DNA of 51,522 bases, from NCBI GenBank assembly GCA_964483915.1, contig CAZADL010000002.1:1-51522 (forward strand). Reading direction: 5' to 3'. The stretch is from an uncultured Candidatus Saccharibacteria bacterium (lineage in GTDB: Bacteria; Patescibacteriota; Minisyncoccia; UBA6257; 2-01-FULL-56-20). This document shows positions 15,372 through 24,559 of this stretch, piece by piece (within the stretch, counting starts at the first letter, position 1; the number at the start of each line of letters is the position of its first letter). Under the pieces are notes generated by a model that made no database searches, was not told where the DNA came from, and worked only from the letters and a program-made list of their open reading frames with translations. The position numbers were made by a program, and so were the translations under genes.

Positions 15372-17126
15372 ATGCCCGTGGAACAAAACAAACAAAGCAA
15401 TCAGGCCCAGTTCGGCGACGTTAAAAAAATCATCGCTCCTGCGGGTGTGCAGGTTTTTTCCAATTATCTCAAGATCGGCGACAAGTTTGCTAAAACGTTC
15501 TTTGTATTCTCCTATCCGCGCTATCTCACCACGGGCTGGTTTGAACCCTTGATCAACCTGCCCAATCTTTTTGATATTTCAATTTTTATCAATCCGATTG
15601 ACACCGGCACCGCGCTCAAAAATCTGCGAAGGAAGGCAGGCCAGCTTGAGTCGCAAAGGAACGATGAGGCGGAAAGGGGGCTGGTGCGGAATCCAGAACT
15701 TGAAACCGCCATTCAAGATATTGAAACCCTCCGCGACTCGCTCCAGCAATCCGAGGAAAAACTTTATAGCACCGGCGTCTATATCACTATTTATGCAGAC
15801 AACGAAGAAGAGTTGGCGCGCCTTGAAAGTAAAATTACGAGCATGATGGAGGCGAAGATTGTTTATATTAAGCCGGCGCTCTTTGAACAGCTTGAAGGTC
15901 TTTTTTCCATTCTGCCGCTTGATGAAGACAAGATTGATGTTACGACCCCCATGGACACAGGCCCCATTTCTTCATTCTTTCCGTTTATTTCCGAAGACCT
16001 TACCTCAAATCAGGGAATTATGTATGGCATCAATCTCCACAACAGCAATCTCGTCATCTTTGACCGCTTCTCGCTTGAAAATGCAAACCAAGTTGTCTTT
16101 GCGAAGGCCGGTTCGGGGAAATCATACGCAACAAAACTGGAAATCATTCGCTCGCTTATGGCGGGCGTTGATATGGTCCTCGTCATCGATCCCGAGAACG
16201 AATACCAGCGGCTCACCGAAACCTTCGCCGGCAGTATGTTTAACATTTCGCTCTCGTCGCATGAACACATCAATCCGTTCGATATCCCGCTCATTCCGGA
16301 AGGCGAGGACCCGTCCGACGTGCTTCGCTCTCACATCGTGACCCTCGCGAGTTTATTAAAACTCATGCTCGGCAAAGTAACACCGGAAGAAGACGCGCTT
16401 CTTGACCGGGCAATCACGGAAACGTACGCCTCGCGCGAGATCGTCCCGGGCATGGATTTCGCCGGTAAAGAAGCGCCGCTCTTGAGCGACCTTGAGTCCG
16501 TCCTTCGCAATCTTGAAGGCGGAGGCGCCATGGCCGAAAAACTTTACAAATACACCAAGGGGAGCTTCTCGGGATTTATCAATCAGCCAACCAACATCGA
16601 CGTCAATAACCGCCTTATTGTTTTTTCAATCCGCGATCTTGAACAGGAGCTCCGGCCCATCGGCATGTTTGTGGTCCTCAATTACATTTGGAATATTGTC
16701 CGCGCGAAACTTGAGAAGCGCCTGCTCTTTATTGATGAGGCATGGATCATGATGCAAAATGACGATAGCGCGACATTCCTCTTCGGCCTCGTAAAGCGAT
16801 GCCGTAAATATTATCTTGGGGTTACTACCATTACCCAAGACGTCGAGGACTTTTTGCGTTCGCCGTATGGCCGCCCCATTGTAACCAACTCCTCCATTCA
16901 ACTGCTCCTAAAGCAGTCCCCGGCAACCATTGATATCGTGGCAAAAGCGTTTGATCTCACGGACTACGAAAAAAATTTTCTTTTGGGCGCCGAGATCGGC
17001 ACGGGAATATTCTTTGCCGGCAAACGCCATGTCGCGATCCAGATCGTTCCTTCTTATTTTGAGGATCAAATCATCACAACCAATCCTGAACAGCTTCTCG
17101 AAGAGAAGGAGGCTGGCACTGCGTGA
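15372..17126 (+). CDS. virB4: VirB4/TrbE-like T4SS ATPase (middle and C-terminal ATPase domains)
   Basis: It has Walker A FAKAGSGKSYATK and Walker B LLFIDEAWIMM. It also has YLGVTTITQDVEDF and a ..SYPRYLTTGWFEPLI.. segment typical of VirB4. Confidence 0.85.
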   Translation: MPVEQNKQSNQAQFGDVKKIIAPAGVQVFSNYLKIGDKFAKTFFVFSYPRYLTTGWFEPLINLPNLFDISIFINPIDTGTALKNLRRKAGQLESQRNDEAERGLVRNPELETAIQDIETLRDSLQQSEEKLYSTGVYITIYADNEEELARLESKITSMMEAKIVYIKPALFEQLEGLFSILPLDEDKIDVTTPMDTGPISSFFPFISEDLTSNQGIMYGINLHNSNLVIFDRFSLENANQVVFAKAGSGKSYATKLEIIRSLMAGVDMVLVIDPENEYQRLTETFAGSMFNISLSSHEHINPFDIPLIPEGEDPSDVLRSHIVTLASLLKLMLGKVTPEEDALLDRAITETYASREIVPGMDFAGKEAPLLSDLESVLRNLEGGGAMAEKLYKYTKGSFSGFINQPTNIDVNNRLIVFSIRDLEQELRPIGMFVVLNYIWNIVRAKLEKRLLFIDEAWIMMQNDDSATFLFGLVKRCRKYYLGVTTITQDVEDFLRSPYGRPIVTNSSIQLLLKQSPATIDIVAKAFDLTDYEKNFLLGAEIGTGIFFAGKRHVAIQIVPSYFEDQIITTNPEQLLEEKEAGTA

Positions 17127-17129
17127 TTT

Positions 17130-18023
17130 ATGGACGAACAGAAAAAAACTTTTGATGAGGTTTCGATTGTCATTATGGTGCTTCTCGCGCTCGGAAACGA
17201 TGGTGCCGAGATTTTTTTTGACCTTCTTGCCGCAACCGTAATTGGTCTTCCGGGAGAAGCGATCATGGAACCTGTCAATCTCGCGCTGGATGGAGTCTTT
17301 ACCGTCTGGTTCTTCGCGAAATGCGGTTTTGGTGTACCGTCCGTCTTACAACTTCTTGACGATGGTCTCCAGCTGGTCGGCGTCCCGGGGCGGACCATTT
17401 GTGTCATTGCTGGCATTCTTATCGCAAATAATCCGAAGTTTAAGAAAATTGCAGAAGCCGTTGCCGCGGTTGAGGGCGGTGGTGTTGCCGGAGAAATCAA
17501 GGGAGCAGGGGGGGCGGCACAAGCCGAAGGAGTTGTCGCAAAAGAAACAAAGCTGGGGGCCGGAGGGGTAAAAACAGAAGAAGGGGTTCCCGTTGGCGCC
17601 GAAGGTGGGACGGGACGCGTCGAAGAAGAAAGAAAAAGAGTTGGCGCGGCACCTTCAGAAGGGAGGCCGGAAACTGGCGGCGAAGAGGGAGGCAAAGAAA
17701 AAACCCAGGAAGAGCTGGATAAAGAAGCCCGAGAAAAGAAGGCGGAGGAAGAAATGAGGCAACCGGGAGAAGTGCCGCCAATGGAGGCCCTCCAGCAAGA
17801 GACCCTTGAACAAACACCGCAAGCGCCAGGACAAGAAACCGAAGAGGGCGAAGAGGTGTCCTCTGGATCGCAACCACGGCAACCAATTTCAATTGAAGAT
17901 ATTAAACGCATACAAGCCGCCAAAACAAAAGAGGGCCTTGAACATCCAAAAGCTCCGCATGACGTCACACAAGAAAATACAGAAGAAAACAAAAAAGACG
18001 TCGATCTGCCAAGGGCGGCGTAA
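17130..18023 (+). CDS. Membrane protein with Gly/Glu/Lys-rich low-complexity tail (T4SS-like locus)
   Basis: It starts 4 nt after the VirB4 stop. It has 3-4 N-terminal hydrophobic helices, then a GGGVAGEIKGAGGAAQAEG...EEERKR...EEGEE tail. I preferred it over the antisense 333-aa shadow ORF. Confidence 0.55.
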   Translation: MDEQKKTFDEVSIVIMVLLALGNDGAEIFFDLLAATVIGLPGEAIMEPVNLALDGVFTVWFFAKCGFGVPSVLQLLDDGLQLVGVPGRTICVIAGILIANNPKFKKIAEAVAAVEGGGVAGEIKGAGGAAQAEGVVAKETKLGAGGVKTEEGVPVGAEGGTGRVEEERKRVGAAPSEGRPETGGEEGGKEKTQEELDKEAREKKAEEEMRQPGEVPPMEALQQETLEQTPQAPGQETEEGEEVSSGSQPRQPISIEDIKRIQAAKTKEGLEHPKAPHDVTQENTEENKKDVDLPRAA

Positions 18024-18079
18024 CTACATGAAATTTTTAACGAGATCCATATCGTTTCAGGCCGCACGAGAAATCCTCA

Positions 18080-18170
18080 GTTGTCGTTCTGTGCCCCGAC
18101 ACGGACTCAAGGGAGGGCGATCCTGGATCCCGGATAAATTGCGCAATGCAATTTTCCAGGATGACAAACA
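18080..18170. repeat. Hairpin repeat sharing a ~46-bp core with 21706-21751
   Basis: The core cctggatcccggataaattgcgcaatgcaattttccaggatgacaa compares with cctggagcccggataaattgcgcaacgcaattttccgggatgataa. It has an inner stem aaattgc/gcaattt and an outer stem tcctgg/ccagga. Confidence 0.6.
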
Positions 18171-18219
18171 ATTGTCTGAAAATTGTAAATTGCTAAATTG
18201 AAAATTTCTTTATCGGATT

Positions 18220-18228
18220 TGCTATAAT
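18220..18228 (+). promoter_or_regulatory. Extended -10 promoter (TGcTATAAT), 6 nt upstream of ATG 18235
   Basis: The motif tgctataat is followed by aacagc and then ATG. Confidence 0.45.
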
Positions 18229-18234
18229 AACAGC

Positions 18235-18933
18235 ATGAAGGTTCGCGTTAAAATCCTTTTGTCGGTTCTCGCGGTAGCGTTGCTTGCGGTGACGTTTTCC
18301 TTGAAAACCAACGCCCAATCCGCCACGCCGCAGATGATAGTAACCTGGCAGGCATATGGAAGTTATGTCCCGCCGGAGTATCGTGGTAAGGCGCTCCCCA
18401 ACCAAGAATCAACCCTTACGGCGTCGCTTGAACTTCTTTCGAATGGAAAATCTGTTGATCTCTCCAGTCAAACTATCTATTGGTATCTCGATAATACGCT
18501 TATCGGAGGCGGCGTCGGCAAACAATATATTGTTTTTCCTCCGTTCGGCGCCGCGCCGGCGTTTCTTATTCTCAAAACGGAATTGTCAAGCTATAACGGA
18601 GGCCTTCTGTCCCATCAGGTTCAAATCCCCTTGGTCGATCCGAAAGCGGTAATTGAGGCCCCCCATCCCGCCGGACAGTTCTCGGAGAATCCGATAACGG
18701 TTGGGGGGACCCCATATTTCTTTTATGTCTCGGATCCCGGGGCGCTTTCTTACGCGTGGTCGGTAAACGGCCAGACGTCGGCGGCCGCGGAAAATCCGCA
18801 GACGCTCCAGATTAATCTGGATCCCTCGATGCCGTCGGGGTCGTCATTCAATGTTTCCCTCGCTATCACAAACCCCAACGACTCAATGAGCGGAAATGAT
18901 TCAACGAATGTGATTTATGTAAAACAACTATAA
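18235..18933 (+). CDS. Secreted hypothetical protein (two Ig-like-looking modules)
   Basis: It has a signal peptide MKVRVKILLSVLAVALLAVTFSLKTNAQS. Two segments are related (TIYWYLDNTLIGGG.. and LSYAWSVNGQTS..). Confidence 0.65.
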   Translation: MKVRVKILLSVLAVALLAVTFSLKTNAQSATPQMIVTWQAYGSYVPPEYRGKALPNQESTLTASLELLSNGKSVDLSSQTIYWYLDNTLIGGGVGKQYIVFPPFGAAPAFLILKTELSSYNGGLLSHQVQIPLVDPKAVIEAPHPAGQFSENPITVGGTPYFFYVSDPGALSYAWSVNGQTSAAAENPQTLQINLDPSMPSGSSFNVSLAITNPNDSMSGNDSTNVIYVKQL

Positions 18934-18940
18934 TCCTCGT

Positions 18941-19029
18941 GTCGTTCCGGCGCATGCCGGAATCCATACCATGAACACAACAATTAAAAAAACGTTTTGG
19001 TTCTGGATTCCCGCCTTCGCGGGAATGAC
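18941..19029. repeat. Inverted pair of hairpin repeats bracketing the pilin start codon
   Basis: The sequence gtcgttccggcgcatgccggaatccat lies at 18941-18967. The inversely oriented ctggattcccgccttcgcgggaatgac lies at 19003-19029. The second copy is translated as WIPAFAGMT. Confidence 0.55.
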
Positions 19030-19714
19030 GTGGTTGTTGGCGTTGCCTGCTCTCGCCATCGTCATCTCGCCCGCCATACCCGGCATGACTACGGCCGTCA
19101 CCTCAAACACCTCCTCGGGGGCGTTTGTCTCGGGGTTCTATAACTTCGCCCTCATGATCGGCGGGGTTCTCGCGTTCGGGGCCATTGTCTATGGAGGCAT
19201 TCTCTATGCGGCGTCCGCCGGAAATCCGAGCAAGCAGTCCGAGGGAAAGGAATGGGTCAAAAGCGCCCTCTTAGGTCTCCTCCTCCTTGCCGGATCCTAT
19301 CTGATTCTCTATACCATAAATCCCAACCTCGTGAACCTGAATTTGCCGACCTTGGAGGCGATCAATATTGCGGCACCGCCGGCCACATGTACTAATGTTT
19401 GTCCAACAGGAAGCTCTCCCATTAATGCGCCGAGTCGCCCGGGAGGCGCGCTCGACTGTACCTGCACAAATGCTTCTGGAGATGTTTTTTGTGGGGGGGT
19501 ACACAACGCCAGGTGTCCCAACGACGCCAATGGCAACGCGCAGACGTGCACTAACCAAGGATCTACTGTCGCCCCTAATTGGCAGTGTATAAAAACGTCG
19601 CCAGGCACGCCGACCACCTACAAGTGTGGGGATTCGTCACACAATATAGTAAATTGTCCGATAGGAGTGGGCTGTTGGTATCAGAACGGAGAGTACCGAT
19701 GCGCCCCTCATTAG
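18971..19714 (+). CDS. TrbC/VirB2-like T4SS pilin with Cys-rich C-terminal extension
   Basis: It has a long signal region, then two TM helices flanking a short loop (FYNFALMIGGVLAFGAIVYGGILYAASAGNPSKQSEGKEWVKSALLGLLLLAGSYLILYTINPNL). This resembles the VirB2/TrbC fold and the CPR 'T4SS pilin' family. About 115 aa with 14 Cys follow. Confidence 0.7.
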   Translation: MNTTIKKTFWFWIPAFAGMTWLLALPALAIVISPAIPGMTTAVTSNTSSGAFVSGFYNFALMIGGVLAFGAIVYGGILYAASAGNPSKQSEGKEWVKSALLGLLLLAGSYLILYTINPNLVNLNLPTLEAINIAAPPATCTNVCPTGSSPINAPSRPGGALDCTCTNASGDVFCGGVHNARCPNDANGNAQTCTNQGSTVAPNWQCIKTSPGTPTTYKCGDSSHNIVNCPIGVGCWYQNGEYRCAPH

Positions 19715-19759
19715 GGCAAGCACAAAGAAAAATATAAGTTTGGGTATTAAAATAAAACC

Positions 19760-20983
19760 ATGAAATCAAAACTTCTCTTGTATCTTTTAATAGCCGTCGC
19801 TATTGTCGCCGTTGCAGCATTCGTCGTCTATCAGCTTGTTTACCGTACAAGCAATAACGTTCCCGTGGAAACGGGCGCGGGACAAGCTGGTCTGCTTCCT
19901 GGTGCGACAAGCCAACCATTTCCGTCGACCGGGCAACCTTTGCCATCAAGCTCGGCAGTCGGGACCTTCGGTGCGAGCGGGACAAGCGCGTCATCATCCC
20001 AATTCGGCATCATCTCAAACCATCCCACACTTGATTATTTTGTGAGTGTGGCGAACATCGTAACGCTTATCAAACCGGACGGAATTATTGAATCAATAGC
20101 CAACAATGAGACGAATGTTTTAAGCAGTTCTACGGTGCCAAACATCATAAACGCCGCGTTTTCTTATGACGGTAAAAAAATTTTCATAGCCTACCGCGCT
20201 GGGACCACGACACAATCCAGCGTGTTTGATCTTGCCGCGCGGGCGTGGACCCATCTCCCGAATGGCATGCTGAGCCCCGTGTGGTCGCCCACAAATTATC
20301 AAATCGCATATCTCGTGCCGTCAAACCAAGGATCTGAAACGTTGATGACAATTGACGCGGGAACAGCAAATGCAAAACCCGCCACTCTTACCTCTCTCAC
20401 CATGGAAGATATGGCGCTCCAGTGGCCAAACAAAAACACCGTAATCATTTCCGATCGCCCAAGCGCTTTCACGGCAGGATCGGTTTGGCTCTTTGATATT
20501 CCTTCTAAAACATTGTCTTCGGTTTCTTATGAGAATCTTGGCGCGGAAAGTTCATGGAACGCTTCTGGTTCGGCGCTCCTCTTTTCGGCAGGATCAAACA
20601 ATGCCGGCGGACGGTTGATGTTTCGAGACGCCGCAGGAAATCAAAAAACACTTTCTTTTGTGACACTTCCCTCCAAGTGCGTTTTCGAACCGCCCGTGGC
20701 GGCAGCTTCTGGAACTGCCAATCCGCCGGTCCTTGTTTATTGTTCCGTGCCGAGCGACCAGGGCACGCTTTTGCTCGCCCGCCTCCCCGATGAATATGAC
20801 CAAAATATATATTTCACGAATGATGATTTCTACCGCATTGACACCGGCAGCGGATCGCTCACAAGAATCTTCTCATCCGCAACAATAAACCAAACCATTG
20901 ACGCCACGCGTCTCAAAATATTCAACAACATTCTTTTCTTCGTCAATCGCTACGACGCGAAACTTTACGCGCTGGTGCTATAG
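19760..20983 (+). CDS. Membrane-anchored TolB-like beta-propeller protein
   Basis: The N-terminal anchor is paralogous to the product of 4996-6249. PD40/WD40-like beta-propeller repeat signatures are present (FSYDGKKIFIAY, SPVWSPTNYQIAYLV, SSWNASGSALLFSA). Confidence 0.65.
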   Translation: MKSKLLLYLLIAVAIVAVAAFVVYQLVYRTSNNVPVETGAGQAGLLPGATSQPFPSTGQPLPSSSAVGTFGASGTSASSSQFGIISNHPTLDYFVSVANIVTLIKPDGIIESIANNETNVLSSSTVPNIINAAFSYDGKKIFIAYRAGTTTQSSVFDLAARAWTHLPNGMLSPVWSPTNYQIAYLVPSNQGSETLMTIDAGTANAKPATLTSLTMEDMALQWPNKNTVIISDRPSAFTAGSVWLFDIPSKTLSSVSYENLGAESSWNASGSALLFSAGSNNAGGRLMFRDAAGNQKTLSFVTLPSKCVFEPPVAAASGTANPPVLVYCSVPSDQGTLLLARLPDEYDQNIYFTNDDFYRIDTGSGSLTRIFSSATINQTIDATRLKIFNNILFFVNRYDAKLYALVL

Positions 20984-21125
20984 AACGTCGTTTCGGAAGC
21001 CCAACGGGGCTATCCGGAATCCATGCCACTCGAAACATTATCTTCGTTGAAAATGCGAATGTTCTATAAGGTATGGGTTCCGACGTTCGCCGGAATGACA
21101 GGGGGAAAGACATGAATTCCGGCTA
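20984..21125. repeat. Hairpin repeat cluster
   Basis: The sequence cgacgttcgccggaatgacagggggaaagacatgaattccggct parallels 13922-13962. The motif ggctatccggaatccatgcc is also present. Confidence 0.5.
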
Positions 21126-21142
21126 AGACGGAGTAAAAATAA

Positions 21143-21601
21143 CTATTCTCCGGCGGTTTTTTTATCTGCCTCAATCGGCTTAATAATAACGTACCGCTCT
21201 TTCCCGGCGCCGATACTCTCCGTCTTCACGTCGGGATGGATTGCGAGCTCCACGTGAACCAACCGCCGCTCATAGGAATTCATGGCCGGCAAAGAAACCT
21301 GTTCTCTTGTTGCGGCGACGCGTTTCGCCGCGGCGCGCGCAAGCTCGGCGATAATATTCTCCCGATCGCGGCGGTAATTATTGATGTCCAAAAAAAATGT
21401 TTTCGCTTGGTTCTTCCTCGCGACCATCTGAACAATGTGATTCATTGATTCCACAATTGCCGGAAGGCTCTCTTTGATAAAGGGGTTGTCTTCGTAAATA
21501 AAAAGTGAGCCGCGCCCTTCCTCGGCGTCGATCTCAAGGTGATAATCGCGGAACCCCATCTGGTCTACCAGTTTTTTTATAAAAATTTCCCAGGCGTCCA
21601 T
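21143..21601 (-). CDS. jag: Jag/KhpB-like R3H-domain RNA-binding protein
   Basis: It has a KH-like N-region and an R3H motif (SYERRLVHVELAIHPDVKTESIG). It lies downstream of yidC, as in the canonical rpmH-rnpA-yidC-jag cluster. Confidence 0.85.
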   Translation of the reverse strand: MDAWEIFIKKLVDQMGFRDYHLEIDAEEGRGSLFIYEDNPFIKESLPAIVESMNHIVQMVARKNQAKTFFLDINNYRRDRENIIAELARAAAKRVAATREQVSLPAMNSYERRLVHVELAIHPDVKTESIGAGKERYVIIKPIEADKKTAGE

Positions 21602-21643
21602 GCCTGGTACTATCTCAAATTTTCACCAAAAAATCAAGTAAAT

Positions 21644-21751
21644 GTCATTCCGTGCGGAGCCTGCCCCGTACGCCGATACGGGGACGCGACCCCGGAAAAA
21701 ACGTCCTGGAGCCCGGATAAATTGCGCAACGCAATTTTCCGGGATGATAAC
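21644..21751. repeat. Composite hairpin repeat between yidC and jag
   Basis: It contains gtcattccgtgcgg..., the stem ccccgta-cgccga-tacgggg, and the 46-bp core shared with 18122-18168. Confidence 0.6.
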
Positions 21752-21765
21752 AATTGAAAATTATC

Positions 21766-22479
21766 TCATTCTCCATACTTGTCGCGCAAATGTTTGTTGA
21801 CGATAAGCTGTTGAATAATCGAAAAGAGCGACGAGATCAGCCAGTAGAGTCCCACGCCCGCAGGGAGATTATAAAAAATAACCACGGTGATGATGGGTCC
21901 GATGAACACCATTTGCCGCGCCATCCGTTCCGCGGGGGACGGCGGCCCGGCATTGGGGGCGCGATAGATCGCAAGTTTTGATTGAAAGTATTGTGCGAGC
22001 GCGGCAAGGAGGACGAGGATGATGCTTCTTTGTTTTAAATCGAGGATACCGAGGAAGAGCGCGTTGATGGCGTGTGGCTCGGGAATAAAAGAATACAGGC
22101 CGCTCCCGATCCCTCCCGCACCAAGCCCCGAAAGAATAATACGGTAGAGGGCGATGAGGATTGGCAACTGAACGACGAGGAGGACGATGCTGAGGAACGG
22201 ATTGACGCCGTGCTCTTTGTAGAGCCCCATCAGGGCCTCCGTTTGTTTTTGTTTGTCGTTCTTATGAAGTTCCTGGATTTTTTTTATTTTGGGTTGGAGC
22301 CGCTGAAGCGCCATCTGGTGTTTCGCTCCCTTATGAAACAACGGGTAAAGAACAAGGCGAATAAGAAGCGTGACCAAAATGATAGCGATGCCGAAATCGT
22401 GTCCCGCGATCGTCTCATAGAAGTAGACGAGAACATTGAGAATCGGCCGGTAGAATATTATTTGGTAGAGATAGATCAT
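21766..22479 (-). CDS. yidC: YidC/Oxa1 family membrane protein insertase (short form)
   Basis: 237 aa and polytopic. It has a LYPLFHKGAKHQMALQRLQPKIKKIQELHKNDKQKQTEALMGLYKEHGVNP segment, the conserved YidC hairpin region. Confidence 0.9.
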   Translation of the reverse strand: MIYLYQIIFYRPILNVLVYFYETIAGHDFGIAIILVTLLIRLVLYPLFHKGAKHQMALQRLQPKIKKIQELHKNDKQKQTEALMGLYKEHGVNPFLSIVLLVVQLPILIALYRIILSGLGAGGIGSGLYSFIPEPHAINALFLGILDLKQRSIILVLLAALAQYFQSKLAIYRAPNAGPPSPAERMARQMVFIGPIITVVIFYNLPAGVGLYWLISSLFSIIQQLIVNKHLRDKYGE

Positions 22480-22799
22480 AGCTTGGAAACGAGCGAGGTT
22501 ATCGCGCTGTTTAATTCTTTTTTAAAAATATTCTTTGGTGTGGGCGCCGTCTGCCGCTTGAGGATGATCAAAAGATCAATTCCTTTTTGTGGGAGCGCAA
22601 GGAAGACGGATTTCACCTGGCGCTTCCAGAAATTTCGGCGAGCGGCGCTTTTTATGGAGGAAACGCCCACGACCACGCCAAGCCGGTTCATGTTCAAGAA
22701 ATTTCGCCTTGCCTTTATGGAAAAATATTGCGTTACTGCCGACCGATAGCCGCCCGCGCGAAATTCTGTGTAGGGGAGGCGCAATTTTTTTGGTACCAT
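22476..22799 (-). CDS. rnpA: Ribonuclease P protein component
   Basis: It is a small basic protein with the RNase P signature region (RLGVVVGVSSIKSAARRNFWKRQVK). It lies between rpmH and yidC. Confidence 0.85.
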   Translation of the reverse strand: MVPKKLRLPYTEFRAGGYRSAVTQYFSIKARRNFLNMNRLGVVVGVSSIKSAARRNFWKRQVKSVFLALPQKGIDLLIILKRQTAPTPKNIFKKELNSAITSLVSKL

Positions 22800-22813
22800 A
22801 CGGCGAAAAACCG

Positions 22814-22948
22814 CTAGAGCACAAGCTTCCTGCGGCCTTTGGCTCTCCGGCGCGAAAGAACGCGCCGGCCGGTCGCCGTAGCCGTTCTTGCCAGAAACCC
22901 ATGCGTCCTGCGCCGTTTTTTCTTTTTGGGATTATAGGTGCGCGACAT
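22814..22948 (-). CDS. rpmH: 50S ribosomal protein L34
   Basis: The internal ATG (reverse complement of 22946-22948) gives [44 protein letters not shown], 44 aa, a canonical L34. Confidence 0.9.
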   Translation of the reverse strand: MSRTYNPKKKKRRRTHGFLARTATATGRRVLSRRRAKGRRKLVL

Positions 22949-23071
22949 GTTGCGAATGATACCATCCCGCGCTCCAAAAATCCAACCGCAAAAAATGCGT
23001 TCTGGTTTCCACAGATAATGCACAGGTTATAAGATTGCGGCGTTTTGACTTCAAAAAAAGAAGGGTCCATA

Positions 23072-24442
<1,371 letters not shown>

Positions 24443-24490
24443 TGCACAATTTTTTTTCTGGCAGAAGGCGCTTTGTTTGTTTTATTCGCG

Positions 24491-24499
24491 TTATCCACA
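24491..24499 (+). promoter_or_regulatory. Perfect DnaA box TTATCCACA in the AT-rich dnaA-dnaN spacer
   Basis: This is an exact consensus 9-mer. Weaker boxes lie upstream of dnaA: TAATGCACA at 23016-23024 and GTTTCCACA at 23005-23013. Confidence 0.6.
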
Positions 24500-24559
24500 T
24501 AATTCAGTTCTCAATAATATCAGCAATAATCTTAAAATGATCTTATACTTATAGTTGCT

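Noticed and set aside
17066-18067. A 333-aa minus-strand ORF that is longer than the plus-strand ORF it overlaps.
   Set aside because: It is antisense to a purine-rich (GAA/GGA/GAG) low-complexity coding stretch. Its own product is Ser/Pro/Ala/Cys-rich with no domain features. It would be the only opposite-strand gene tightly wedged between VirB4 and the next plus-strand gene. The plus-strand ORF starts 4 nt after the VirB4 stop and has sensible TM helices.
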